A stretch of DNA of 32,000 nucleotides from Pseudomonadota bacterium (GTDB taxonomy: Bacteria > Bdellovibrionota_B > Oligoflexia > Silvanigrellales > Silvanigrellaceae). The stretch spans positions 117,504 to 149,503 of the forward strand of contig JBDLRP010000001.1 in NCBI GenBank assembly GCA_039799905.1, written 5' to 3'. Below, in pieces: positions 1 to 9,492 of this stretch. Each line of letters starts with the position of its first letter. Position 1 is the first letter of the stretch. Below the pieces are notes generated by a model. The model ran no database searches. It saw nothing but the letters and a program-made list of their open reading frames with translations, and was not told the origin of the DNA. The position numbers and the translations under genes are program-made.

Positions 1-210
1 GCCCTTTTTGAAGAACTCAAACGTGATGGCGGACAAGGTGATGCCCGCAATAAAGTTCTCGGCCTGCTGAAGGCCGGCGGATCAAAATCACCGCTGGACA
101 TTCTGCTTGATGCCGGAGTGGACTTCCGAACCCCAGCACCCGTTGAAAAGGCGTTCATTGCCTATGAACGCTTCCTTGAACGTGCGGAGTCGGCATTCCT
201 GAAAAACTAA
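1..210 (+). CDS. pepF: C-terminal fragment of an M3 family oligoendopeptidase F-like peptidase (5' end outside window)
   Basis: Frame 1 is open from base 1 to TAA at 208-210. Translation ALFEELKRDGGQGDARNKVLGLLKAGGSKSPLDILLDAGVDFRTPAPVEKAFIAYERFLERAESAFLKN resembles the PepF C-terminus (LxxGGSxSPxxLLxxAGVD). Confidence 0.75.
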   Translation, partial: ALFEELKRDGGQGDARNKVLGLLKAGGSKSPLDILLDAGVDFRTPAPVEKAFIAYERFLERAESAFLKN

Positions 211-253
211 CTCACCCCCGAATTGCACGACTGGAAGAAAAGGACCTCATCGC

Positions 254-1123
254 ATGGACACCAGCTACAAGAGCCGCGTTGACCAAAGCGCCGCATTTTT
301 AAAAAATTGGGACTCGGAGGTTCCAGATTTGTGCATCGTGCTTGGCTCTGGACTCGGCAACGCCATACCCGACATCGATTCGATGCCCTGTTTGAAATTT
401 TCAAAGATTCCGGGATTTGCTGCCAGTGAAGTGGTTGGCCACGCAAGCGAATTGCGCGTCGGAGAAGTTGCTGTTCCGAATTCAAGTGCAAAACGAAAGA
501 TCGCCTTTTTGCGCGGTCGCAATCACGCCTACGAAGGCTTCACAGTCGGTGATGTGGCACACAACGTGCGGGCCATGATTGCGTGGGGAGTCAAAGGTAT
601 CGTGCTGACCAATGCAGCCGGATGTCTTGATACATCGTGGAAGCTTGGCGACTTTATGTTGATCGAGGATCACATCAACCTGTCGGGCCTCAATCCACTC
701 GCCGGAACGGCCGGCAATGGCTTTGGTCAGCGTTTTTGCGACATGACGCGCTGCTACGACCCTGGATGGGGAGAGGCCTTCAAAACGCGTGCCAAGACAC
801 TCGGTGTCCAGCTGCGCAAAGGTGTTTACGCAGGGGTCCTTGGTCCGTCTTACGAAACGCCTGCAGAAATCCGGATGTTGCGCACACTTGGGGCGCAGGC
901 CGTCGGAATGAGCACAGTGGTTGAGGCTATCGCCGCCCGACAAATGGGTGCGAAACTGGTTGGACTCAGCTGCATGACCAATTACGGCGCCGGACTCAGC
1001 GGACCCGCAGATAGGCTCGACCATGCCGACGTTGTGCAAATGGGCTCTTCTGTGGCAAAAACAATGGCAGACCTCGTTCTCAGTACCGCAGCAACTCTTT
1101 CATTTGGAGAGCCACCAGCATGA
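254..1123 (+). CDS. punA: Purine nucleoside phosphorylase
   Basis: 289 aa with IVLGSGLG, LTNAAGCLDTSWKLGDFMLIEDHINLSGLNPL, GPSYETPAEIRMLRTLGAQAVGMSTVVEAIAARQMG and SCMTNYGAGLSG, characteristic of trimeric-type PNP. Confidence 0.93.
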   Translation: MDTSYKSRVDQSAAFLKNWDSEVPDLCIVLGSGLGNAIPDIDSMPCLKFSKIPGFAASEVVGHASELRVGEVAVPNSSAKRKIAFLRGRNHAYEGFTVGDVAHNVRAMIAWGVKGIVLTNAAGCLDTSWKLGDFMLIEDHINLSGLNPLAGTAGNGFGQRFCDMTRCYDPGWGEAFKTRAKTLGVQLRKGVYAGVLGPSYETPAEIRMLRTLGAQAVGMSTVVEAIAARQMGAKLVGLSCMTNYGAGLSGPADRLDHADVVQMGSSVAKTMADLVLSTAATLSFGEPPA

Positions 1124-1668
1124 AGATTAAAGTTGCCGGGCAGGACCGAGACGTCCGCGTTTTATTTTCCGAGGAACAAATCCGTTCGCGGGTGAGTTCA
1201 ATCGCCTCCGAAATCAACGCACAACCGACACCCGACAACTCAGCGTTGGTCGTGCTGGTGGTGCTTCACGGTGCGCTTTTATTTGCAGCCGACCTCGTCC
1301 GCCATCTGACCATGCCAACCGAAATCGAATCCGTGCGCATCCGCAGTTATCAGGGAACGCAATCCACCGGAAAAATCGAATTGCTTTCTGAGTTACCCCA
1401 GCGTCTGCGCGGAAGACACATTTTGGTGGTTGAAGACATTATCGACAGCGGACGCAGCATCGCATTTCTTCGTGAAAAACTGACTGAGCTGGGCGTTGCA
1501 TCGATGCGTGTGGCAGCACTTCTCGACAAGCCGGACGCACACGAAGCCGACATTCAAGCCGACTACGTGGGATTCAAAATCGGTCGCAACTTCGTTATCG
1601 GTTATGGTTTGGATCTTGATGGTCACTACCGCAACCTGCCACACGTTGCCGAGGTTTTGGGGTGCTGA
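1120..1668 (+). CDS. hpt: Hypoxanthine phosphoribosyltransferase
   Basis: 182 aa. Overlaps the upstream stop by 4 nt (ATGA). PRPP-binding motif VLVVEDIIDSGRS plus ADYVGFKIGRNFVIGYGLDLDGHYRNLPHVAEV, typical of HPRT. Confidence 0.93.
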   Translation: MKIKVAGQDRDVRVLFSEEQIRSRVSSIASEINAQPTPDNSALVVLVVLHGALLFAADLVRHLTMPTEIESVRIRSYQGTQSTGKIELLSELPQRLRGRHILVVEDIIDSGRSIAFLREKLTELGVASMRVAALLDKPDAHEADIQADYVGFKIGRNFVIGYGLDLDGHYRNLPHVAEVLGC

Positions 1669-2177
1669 TAGCCCAACTCAGACTATCACTTCTTGCAATC
1701 GCCTCGATCGCTCCGCAGGCGCTCGCGCTTGAATTCGGCGGCGGCGGTGGAATCGTCACACAGGGCGACGATCGTCTCTCACCGGCTATTCAAGGTTGGA
1801 TGAAGGCAGGACGCGTTCTTTTGTCATCAACATTTATAGGCGAAAAGAACTCAGCATTTGCACAGCAAATTGCCTTCCCGCACATGAGCTACGTTGCGCC
1901 GCTCGGAAAAAGTAAAACCATCGCGGCGAGTCTGGGTGTCGGTGGGATGGTGGCGCGAACTTCTGTTCAAAAATTCGATGAAAACGGCAACAGCAGTAGA
2001 AAAGTTACCGCAAGCGCCGGCTTGGCGCTCGGACTCAACTGGACTCCTCAGCTCAGCCGCCGCATTCGCTTCCGCTTGAGCTGGGATTCGCTATTCATTC
2101 CCCCGGGCATCAGCGTCCTCTACATCACCTACGGGCACATGCAGAGTGTGACCGCCGGATTGGGTTGGGATCTTTAA
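1662..2177 (+). CDS. Hypothetical exported protein (possible outer-membrane beta-barrel-like)
   Basis: 171 aa with GTG start overlapping the hpt end. Signal-peptide-like N-terminus MLIAQLRLSLLAIASIAPQALA, glycine and aromatic rich beta-like remainder. No family recognised. Confidence 0.6.
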   Translation: MLIAQLRLSLLAIASIAPQALALEFGGGGGIVTQGDDRLSPAIQGWMKAGRVLLSSTFIGEKNSAFAQQIAFPHMSYVAPLGKSKTIAASLGVGGMVARTSVQKFDENGNSSRKVTASAGLALGLNWTPQLSRRIRFRLSWDSLFIPPGISVLYITYGHMQSVTAGLGWDL

Positions 2178-2612
2178 ATGAAGATTTTGCGACTTCTATC
2201 CATTCTGCTTGTCGTTGTTATGCCGGCGCGCGCATCGGCATACCGCTTTGGTGTTTCGGGTGGAAGTGTCGGCCTCAGCAACGGTCATCCGAACGCAGCC
2301 GATTTCCGCTCCATCAACAACTACAAAGCACATCTGACCATTGCCGACGTCGACGTGAGTCTCGCCACCACTCAAGCGCTGGTGGGGCGCGTGTTTGAAT
2401 TCAAATCAGGTGCCTTTGTCATTCCGGCCGCCGGACTCGTGCTCGACGGCAACGGTTCCGGCCCAGGGTTTAGTGCCACCTTTGGCTGGACTGCGTTTTG
2501 TTGGGGAATTTGCCTGTACGTTGAATTACAGAACATGATCGGAGCGGGCCCCAACCGCCACCTTGTCAGCGGCAGTGCGGCCCGCATCGGACTCGATTAT
2601 TCGAGCAATTGA
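2178..2612 (+). CDS. Hypothetical exported protein
   Basis: 144 aa directly abutting the previous stop. Signal peptide MKILRLLSILLVVVMPARASA. No recognised family. Confidence 0.65.
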   Translation: MKILRLLSILLVVVMPARASAYRFGVSGGSVGLSNGHPNAADFRSINNYKAHLTIADVDVSLATTQALVGRVFEFKSGAFVIPAAGLVLDGNGSGPGFSATFGWTAFCWGICLYVELQNMIGAGPNRHLVSGSAARIGLDYSSN

Positions 2613-2630
2613 ACAAACTGCTGTTGTCGA

Positions 2631-5213
2631 TTATTCAAACAAGCCCAGCAAAGATGCAAGTTCAATGATGCGCGGAAGGTGCTTCTCGCTTGTCTCACGC
2701 AACACGTCGCCGCCGTTGACAGTCAGCGCCACAAGGTCACTGTACAATGCCGCGTCGGCTCCTGTCTGTGCTTCCTGAATGATCTTTCGCAACGTTTCAG
2801 GAGTCACTCCTGCATCTGAGGCAAGCACTTCCAGCTTCACCCGCGACACGAAGCGTTTGTATGCAGCAACATTCGGCTCTTCATCGGTGATCTCTGCACC
2901 TGTGGCAGCAATCGCCGTCTGAATGATCTTGTTGTCTTTCTCGAGACGGTCTGTGAATTTTTCCGGCGCAACATAAATGCGTTCGACCTTCTCAACCTGT
3001 TCCTTGCTGAACCCGTTTGCTCCCTGATTGGCCTTGACGAACGGAGCCACCGCGTCGCGTTTGTCAATGAGTCCGCGTGAGTGGCACGACAAACAACTGA
3101 GCGGCTGAGTTACGATCTTTTGACCAGAATCCGAAGTTGCAAACACAGCACGGGTCGTTTTGAAAGCTTCATCACTAGGTATCTTGAAGTCTGTAATAAA
3201 CGCATTCAACGCGACTGTTGCGAAACCCTGCAACCCGTTGGGACGCATGAACTGATACTCAAATCCATGAAAATCGAACGCCTTGTCGGCCTCGCGCACG
3301 TCTTTTCCGTTTTTTACACTGTCGCATGCGAGAGTGTTGGGCGGCAGCGGTTTCGCGGTGCCATCGGCATTCCAGAAGGAATCGTAAATAGCTTTGTCAG
3401 CCGCACTGAGCTTTGACGGGTCAGCTTTGCGTGTCGGACGCAAATAGTCGAAGTTGATCGGGGTCTGGGTCCAATATTTTCGTGCCCAGTCAAACAGGAT
3501 ACCCCCGCTGGCGTCTTTGAAGACGTCGTTGGGGTTGGTAAACATATTCAAACACTCATATCCCAAAACCGTAGGATCATTGTTGTCAAACAAGATAGGT
3601 CCGAAGGGATATTTCAGCGCATGCTGATACTTATTGACACCTTCGTCGGCTTTTTCGAACTCATACGAGCGCCACAGAGCTTTGTCCGTGAATTGTTGAG
3701 TTTCGATTCTTTCCAGAATACGATGGTTCTGGCTCACACCCGAGTCAGTGAACCCAGAGCGCATAATGATCGGGCTGAGTCTAATTCCACTCGATGGATC
3801 GGGCGCATTGTCACGCATCAGAGCACCTTCGTCGTCAATGCCAAGTGCAATATCAAGTACACCGGTATCAGCTGGAATACCCGCAAGATGATAATAGACA
3901 CGCTGCTTGTAGTTGCCGAGCACTTGAAAGATAAACCAGTCGCCGCGGATGAGCGGCAGTGGCGTGTGTTCTTGTGAGTATGAAATTTGGTTGCCTGCGG
4001 CATTGACTGACTGCCCTGGATTTTTCAATAAAACGACAGGCGGCAGAAGGTTGTCCGCTGATCTTCTCTTTGTACCGTCTTTGTTGAGAATTCCGATTGC
4101 AAAGCTACCTGCACTGCCGCCCGCAGCGGTGATGGACGGAAGGGTGACAAAATCCTCCGTCTCGTTTTGCAGAATTGTTTGCTGGGTGCCCGCGTTTGCA
4201 ATGTAATCCTGCAACACGGCGTCCAATGTTCCGCCCGCGATGGGATTGGCATTGTTCAAAGTCATCACGCTCTTCATCCATTGCAAATTGCTGTCGCACT
4301 GGTACGGCCTGACGGGCTTGCTCTTGTCACACGCTCCAGTTGCTTTGTATTCAGGAGGAACGACCTGAAAGTTGGCCACGAAAAACGCATCCTCGGCAGC
4401 TGTGTCACGCGCCGGTCTGCGCGATTCGAAAACTTCCTTCCAGCGGCCGATGCGAACAGCCGGATTTTCGGGTGGATTCAGACCAAAGGGAATGTGCAGG
4501 TCGTACTCCGACAAATCCACCCTGTACAACAATCCCTTGCCGTCGATCGCAACAGGTTTTTCAATGCGATTTCGCGTTGAGAGCATGTTGAGGAGTTTTG
4601 ACAAAGCTTCCCGATGCCGCTGAATTTCACTTTCGGTAACACCGGAGTTCCACAAGTTTACGAAATGAATGTAGCGCAAATCTTTGCGGTTCTGCTGACG
4701 GTCGAAATCCTCACGGATCGTGCGAAAAACGTCAGCCATCTTGACTCTCTCGCGAATTGCGGATGCGGCGTTGCCTTCAGCAACGATCCACCTCCGCACG
4801 GAATCAATCTGGGCCTTACTCAGCAATCCTTTCGGAGGCATCGGCTGGTTGGCTGCATTCATCCGCGTGAACAAAAGACTTTTCTCTGGCTCACCAACCT
4901 TCACATATTTGCTGTCTGCGCGGGTGAGGATATCAAAATTCAACACATCACCGAACCCACCCTGCCGGTTTCCACCAGCATGACACGCCGCGCATTCGCT
5001 GGTGAAAATATTGACGACCTCTTTACGCAACGCCTGGACGTCCAACTGCGAGGCATCGGCAGCACACAGCGCGGTCGGGTTACCTTGTACACAAGCCTGA
5101 GGCTTCAATTGGACAGTCGAATCGCCTGAATTTTTGCCTGAACGGCAGGACGTTTGGCTGTGGATGACAAACACACATCCTACCAACGTGAGCAGAGCTC
5201 TTTTTGCCAACAT
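2631..5213 (-). CDS. Large exported cytochrome c-like protein with two CxxCH motifs
   Basis: 860 aa. N-terminal hydrophobic segment MLAKRALLTLVGCVFVIHSQTSC, CSACHAGGNRQGGFGD near the N-terminus and CLSCHSRGLIDKRDAV near the C-terminus. Confidence 0.85.
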   Translation of the reverse strand: MLAKRALLTLVGCVFVIHSQTSCRSGKNSGDSTVQLKPQACVQGNPTALCAADASQLDVQALRKEVVNIFTSECAACHAGGNRQGGFGDVLNFDILTRADSKYVKVGEPEKSLLFTRMNAANQPMPPKGLLSKAQIDSVRRWIVAEGNAASAIRERVKMADVFRTIREDFDRQQNRKDLRYIHFVNLWNSGVTESEIQRHREALSKLLNMLSTRNRIEKPVAIDGKGLLYRVDLSEYDLHIPFGLNPPENPAVRIGRWKEVFESRRPARDTAAEDAFFVANFQVVPPEYKATGACDKSKPVRPYQCDSNLQWMKSVMTLNNANPIAGGTLDAVLQDYIANAGTQQTILQNETEDFVTLPSITAAGGSAGSFAIGILNKDGTKRRSADNLLPPVVLLKNPGQSVNAAGNQISYSQEHTPLPLIRGDWFIFQVLGNYKQRVYYHLAGIPADTGVLDIALGIDDEGALMRDNAPDPSSGIRLSPIIMRSGFTDSGVSQNHRILERIETQQFTDKALWRSYEFEKADEGVNKYQHALKYPFGPILFDNNDPTVLGYECLNMFTNPNDVFKDASGGILFDWARKYWTQTPINFDYLRPTRKADPSKLSAADKAIYDSFWNADGTAKPLPPNTLACDSVKNGKDVREADKAFDFHGFEYQFMRPNGLQGFATVALNAFITDFKIPSDEAFKTTRAVFATSDSGQKIVTQPLSCLSCHSRGLIDKRDAVAPFVKANQGANGFSKEQVEKVERIYVAPEKFTDRLEKDNKIIQTAIAATGAEITDEEPNVAAYKRFVSRVKLEVLASDAGVTPETLRKIIQEAQTGADAALYSDLVALTVNGGDVLRETSEKHLPRIIELASLLGLFE

Positions 5214-5354
5214 TTCAACACCCCTACTTTTTCGAGGGCAACATCGGCAAATTCAAAGAAAGTCTTTACTCAACTATAAAAATGTTAGCGTTTTTGGGAT
5301 TCTCGGTCGTTTTAAGCAGTTACAGTTTGATATACAACTTCTCCTTGTCACGAC

Positions 5355-6359
5355 TCAAAGACTGCATTGAAGAAGATCTCTATAGTAGCCTTCCACCTTT
5401 CGCGCATAATCGGAGGCTGTAGCAGAGCCGTTATAATAGTACGCAAGCTGGTAAAGTGAGTCCGAGTACGAAGTCTTTTCGGAAACAACACGCACAGAGT
5501 ACTTAAGATTCGTCAGAATGTTGAAAGTAATTCCATCCCAGCGTGAGTCGCTGTCCGGCAACATGCGGCCGTTCTCATCGATGGCAGTTATGATCTGCGC
5601 CAAACCGATACCATTGCAGACACCAGATCTGCAGGAATCCTTGACCGAACCCAAAAGCGTTTCCTGCTCAGTTTTCGCCATCAATGCACGCACAGGATCG
5701 ATCCCGCGCGCGGAGGCCCAAGCACGAAATCGGACTGCTGACGATTCACCAGATTCCACGATCGTTCTCTTGAAGCAGTGTTGCAGCGCCCGCGCCTTTT
5801 CACACAGCGAACGGTTTTTCTGCACGCCGCTGCCAATCAACGTCTGGCTCTGTGGCCGGTCGCCTTCAATTGAAATTCCACGATATGCGTCGAAAGTTGT
5901 GTAGTCCGTAGTTCCCGGGCGTTCTTCCCATGAGTATTGGCAGACAGATGAACCCACACCGCTCGACGAACCGTCCTGCCCCTGCTCACCGCTGAGCGTG
6001 ATGTGTTCCGAGAAGACGTATCCACCTCGAAATGCACAATCGAATTCTTTATTGGTGACTTCAAAGTAGTAGTGTTTTCCGCTCAAACGAGCTGCGCCAG
6101 AGTACGTATATTTCTTGCCGGCCTTGAGATTGCAATAATCCTGACCCAACTCGGAAACATTTTTGGGTTCAATCTTAAAGTAACTTTTTATTCCCTGCTT
6201 CAAAACAAAATAAGCTGGCTCCGAGCCGACATCCTGCCCCGCCGCGGCGCGTGGGCGCTGTGGGTTCACCACGTTTCGCAAAAAACCACTGCGGTCGCAT
6301 GAAATAAGGCATAGGCTGCTCAACGCCAAGGCCGCATTCAGATAGCGAATTTTCTTCAT
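5355..6359 (-). CDS. Putative lipoprotein with C-terminal SLT/transglycosylase-like region
   Basis: The supplied ORF begins at 6458, but the credible start is ATG at 6359 (MKKIRYLNAALALSSLCLISC, good lipobox). The C-terminus has ASARGIDPVRALMAKTEQETLLG...GIGLAQI...NILTNLKY...LAYYYNG, resembling SLT-fold patterns. Confidence 0.65.
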   Translation of the reverse strand: MKKIRYLNAALALSSLCLISCDRSGFLRNVVNPQRPRAAAGQDVGSEPAYFVLKQGIKSYFKIEPKNVSELGQDYCNLKAGKKYTYSGAARLSGKHYYFEVTNKEFDCAFRGGYVFSEHITLSGEQGQDGSSSGVGSSVCQYSWEERPGTTDYTTFDAYRGISIEGDRPQSQTLIGSGVQKNRSLCEKARALQHCFKRTIVESGESSAVRFRAWASARGIDPVRALMAKTEQETLLGSVKDSCRSGVCNGIGLAQIITAIDENGRMLPDSDSRWDGITFNILTNLKYSVRVVSEKTSYSDSLYQLAYYYNGSATASDYARKVEGYYRDLLQCSL

Positions 6360-6600
6360 TAAAATCACCATACCCCTGCTGTTCCGTCGGCGTTGTCCGC
6401 ACTTTTTTCTGTGTGAATCTCCGCCGTTTGGGCGCCAATTCAAAATCAGGAGCAGCAAGAAAAGTGCCTCAAAAGTGTGGTGATTTCACTGAGGATTGCT
6501 GCACTCAATGTGTAAAAAGTATGGTCAGTGAAAAAACTCTTCACATAACCGGGCGACGGCATGTGGAGGCTCGACCTTCGGCCAACGAATGAGGCGGGAA

Positions 6601-7707
6601 TCAGGTTCGGGTCGTCAGCCATTCCCTGCGACGTGCCAATGCCACCGCGCGAGGCGGGAGTTTGAGTTCACTTTGCCGTTTGCTGGCCAGCTGTCCGCAG
6701 GCTGCGCTGACATCCTGACCACGCGAGTAACGGACGGGCGCTGGTATCGACCTGTCGGTCAGGTACTTTTGAAACTCACGCATACGCTCGGGGTCGGTGG
6801 CCACCATTTCTGAGCCTGGGTGAGGATTCATCGGAATCAGATTCACCTTGGCCTTGAGGCCGTGCAGAAACTTAACAAGTTTTTTAGCGTGAGGAATGGA
6901 ATCGTTCACACCGTTGATCATCACGTATTCAAAGGTAATGCCGTGCCGCGTCTGGACCGGATAACGGAGAAGTGTTTCCTTGAGTTCAGCAAGCGGATAT
7001 TTTTTGTTCACGGGCATCATCGCGGAACGCTGCTCTTCATCGGCAGAATGAAGCGATATGGCAAGACTCACAGGCACTCGCCGTCCGAGCTCTTCGATCG
7101 CAGGCACGAGGCCGCTCGTAGAGACTGTGACGCGATGTTTGGACAGTGCAAAATAGCGTTCGTCGAGCATCACCTCGCAGGCAGCAACAACTTCATCGAA
7201 ATTGTCGAGCGGTTCGCCCATGCCCATAAAAACAATGTTGGTCACCCGACGCTCTTCACCGCGTTCAATCAACCTGCGGTTGGCGATGATGATCTGCGCG
7301 AGGATTTCTCCACGGGTGAGATCGCGACTGAGTCCCATTTTGCCTGTCTGGCAGAACGTGCATGCCATTCTGCATCCGACCTGACTGCTGACGCACAGAG
7401 TTACGCGATTTTCCGAAGGCATCAGTACACATTCGGTGAACAGACCATCGTGGGTTTTGAGAAGAATTTTTTCCGACTCATCATCGGACTTCAGCAGCGT
7501 GTCGATTCCCGGCAGACTCCAGTCGAAATCTTCGCTGAGGCGCGCGCGCAGAGGAAGCGAGATATTCGAAAACTGATCTGGGTTGAGGCAGTTCTTGCGG
7601 GTCATCCATTCGATGATCTGCGATCCAAGGAATGGTTTGGCGCCTTGTGCGACGCACCACTCTTTCCAAGCCGTTTCCGACAGGTCCAGCGCATATGGTC
7701 GTTTCAT
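6601..7707 (-). CDS. rlmN: Dual-specificity 23S rRNA/tRNA adenine-C2 methyltransferase (radical SAM)
   Basis: Radical SAM motif CRMACTFCQTGKMGLSRDL, VFMGMGEPLDNFD, VSTSGLVPAIEELG and NGVNDS. ATG at 7707 follows AGGAGG with 9-nt spacing and is preferred over the GTG at 7716. Confidence 0.95.
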   Translation of the reverse strand: MKRPYALDLSETAWKEWCVAQGAKPFLGSQIIEWMTRKNCLNPDQFSNISLPLRARLSEDFDWSLPGIDTLLKSDDESEKILLKTHDGLFTECVLMPSENRVTLCVSSQVGCRMACTFCQTGKMGLSRDLTRGEILAQIIIANRRLIERGEERRVTNIVFMGMGEPLDNFDEVVAACEVMLDERYFALSKHRVTVSTSGLVPAIEELGRRVPVSLAISLHSADEEQRSAMMPVNKKYPLAELKETLLRYPVQTRHGITFEYVMINGVNDSIPHAKKLVKFLHGLKAKVNLIPMNPHPGSEMVATDPERMREFQKYLTDRSIPAPVRYSRGQDVSAACGQLASKRQSELKLPPRAVALARRREWLTTRT

Positions 7708-7720
7708 CGGGCTCACCCTC

Positions 7721-8647
7721 CTACCGTCCTACTCCCTCGAGGAAAGTACGCACCTGCGCAACAAAATTCTCGGGGTCCTCGATGAGCAGCAGATGCCCCA
7801 TGTCGGCGAAGGAGAAAAGCTTCGCATGTGGGATAAGCTTCTGGATTTCTGAACTATTTTCAGCAGGAATGACCTCATCGTGGGTTCCAGTCAAAACAAA
7901 CGTCGGACAAGTCACCTGTGCAGCCAAAGTGGTGCCGTCAAAGCCAACAGTGGCGTTGTACTGCGCCTTTGCTCGCCCCTGAGCACTCTCGACGGTGTGC
8001 GACTTGAGCATATTCTTCACCATGATATCGATCAGCATCGGCGAGGCTGCCCTGAATTTGGGCCCAAAATAGCGGCTCATCCGCCGGTGCATGACTGCGG
8101 CATCCTGAGGCCAGGGTTCGAAGGGTTTGCGCCTTGCCTCCTCGCCGTTGACTCCTTCCGGCCAGACCCGTGCCCGACCGCCCGCAGTTGTGCTGACAAG
8201 CGTGAGTGAATTTACCCGCGCGTCCTGCGCAGCCCATGTTTGTGCTATCATGCCGCCCATGCTGATGCCGAGCACATGGTATCCCCGTAACTGCAATGCC
8301 GCAGCAAAACCCTGCGCAACAAAAGCAGCATCAAGGGCCATGTTCTGCACCGTCAGGTCGGCAATTCCTCCCTCGGTTTCGCCTGCTCCGCGATTGTCCA
8401 AGGCAACGGTTGCCAAGTGAGGCATCTGCGCATGAATGCGTTTTCTGAAGGCTCGGAAATCGGCGCGCGGCCGTGCAAAACCGTTGATGAGGATAAGAAG
8501 TTGGTCTGCCGGAGCATCGCTCACAGGTGGCTCATAATCGCAGGCGATGCGCACATCTCCCCGTTCCACGACAACAAGCCCCGAGCTGCGACTTACGTCG
8601 ACAAGCGGCAGACGCGGTGAATCAAAGTTGAATTCTTGTGATTGCAT
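7721..8647 (-). CDS. Alpha/beta hydrolase
   Basis: LILINGFARPRADFRAF, VALDNRGAGETEGG, YHVLGISMGGMIAQTWAA (nucleophile elbow GxSxG), FVLTGTHDEVIP and DMGHLLLIEDPENF. Likely start is MQSQEF at 8647 rather than 8713. Confidence 0.88.
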   Translation of the reverse strand: MQSQEFNFDSPRLPLVDVSRSSGLVVVERGDVRIACDYEPPVSDAPADQLLILINGFARPRADFRAFRKRIHAQMPHLATVALDNRGAGETEGGIADLTVQNMALDAAFVAQGFAAALQLRGYHVLGISMGGMIAQTWAAQDARVNSLTLVSTTAGGRARVWPEGVNGEEARRKPFEPWPQDAAVMHRRMSRYFGPKFRAASPMLIDIMVKNMLKSHTVESAQGRAKAQYNATVGFDGTTLAAQVTCPTFVLTGTHDEVIPAENSSEIQKLIPHAKLFSFADMGHLLLIEDPENFVAQVRTFLEGVGR

Positions 8648-8758
8648 CAGCAGACGACTCCTGTTGTGCGGGCACCGCGAGAGCGCGCAGTGCACGCGCC
8701 AATTCATCAACACCCTGAATAGCTTGCTTCATATCGATTCCGTGTTTGAATTGAAAGC

Positions 8759-9481
8759 ATGGATAAAAACTCGCTGAATTCGCAATCAGTCAAGTTCACT
8801 TACTCTCCACCCACGGAACTTGTTCCGTCGCTGTGGATCTTGGATGGCACGTGGAGCAATTTTCTCGGTCGTCGGATGACCGTCATTCGCCTGCGTAATA
8901 ACGAAGTCTGGATTCACAATCCGATGCGCCTTCACAAGCCGGAGCTGGACTGGCTGTCGTCGTTGGGATTCATTCGCGGACTCGTAGCCCCCAATCAATG
9001 GCATGTGTCTGATCTGCTCTGGATGGCAGAGCAGTTTCCAGAGGCACAAATCGTTTGTCCGCAATCGTTCCTCGATCGCCACCCGAGCTTGAGCAGCAGA
9101 ATGCTTTTCACAACCGATGTTCAACATGTGACACCGGATCATGAATTGGAATTTTTGCCGGTGCCCGGGGTCCGCTTTGAAGAGACCGTGTTGTTTCACC
9201 CGCTCTCGCGCACTCTCATCCTCTGTGATCTGATGATGAACCTTCCGCCGGCCGAAACTGCCTTGCGGCGGGCGTTTTTCAAATTGAACAACATGGGTGA
9301 ATGCTGCTCACCCACCAGAACACTCAAGTGGCTGCTGACTAATGACAAAAAAGAGCTGCTCCACTTTGTGAGTCAGCTCGCGGAACTCAACCCACGCCGG
9401 ATTGTCGTCAACCACGGCGAAATATTTGAAGGCGAAGGAGGGAATCAAATCCGCACATCCTTCGCCCTGTTATTTGGCTGA
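8759..9481 (+). CDS. DUF4336-like protein (metallo-beta-lactamase-related)
   Basis: 240 aa. Starts LVPSLWILDG, then GLVAPNQWHVSDLLWMAEQFPEAQIVCP and a FHPLSRTLILCDLMMNLP segment matching the DUF4336 pattern. Family assignment is from memory of the pattern. Confidence 0.65.
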   Translation: MDKNSLNSQSVKFTYSPPTELVPSLWILDGTWSNFLGRRMTVIRLRNNEVWIHNPMRLHKPELDWLSSLGFIRGLVAPNQWHVSDLLWMAEQFPEAQIVCPQSFLDRHPSLSSRMLFTTDVQHVTPDHELEFLPVPGVRFEETVLFHPLSRTLILCDLMMNLPPAETALRRAFFKLNNMGECCSPTRTLKWLLTNDKKELLHFVSQLAELNPRRIVVNHGEIFEGEGGNQIRTSFALLFG

Positions 9482-9492
9482 TGATTCGTTTT

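Noticed and set aside
482-1039. 185-aa minus-strand ORF within the purine nucleoside phosphorylase gene
   Set aside because: Antisense shadow of a clearly conserved enzyme gene.
5204-5422. 72-aa plus-strand ORF across the intergenic gap between the haem protein and the SLT-like lipoprotein
   Set aside because: It overlaps both neighbouring genes' ends, has no convincing ribosome-binding site and is probably spurious in AT-rich promoter DNA.
6820-7785. 321-aa plus-strand ORF antisense to rlmN
   Set aside because: It sits fully over conserved rlmN coding sequence, and its translation has no recognisable family features.
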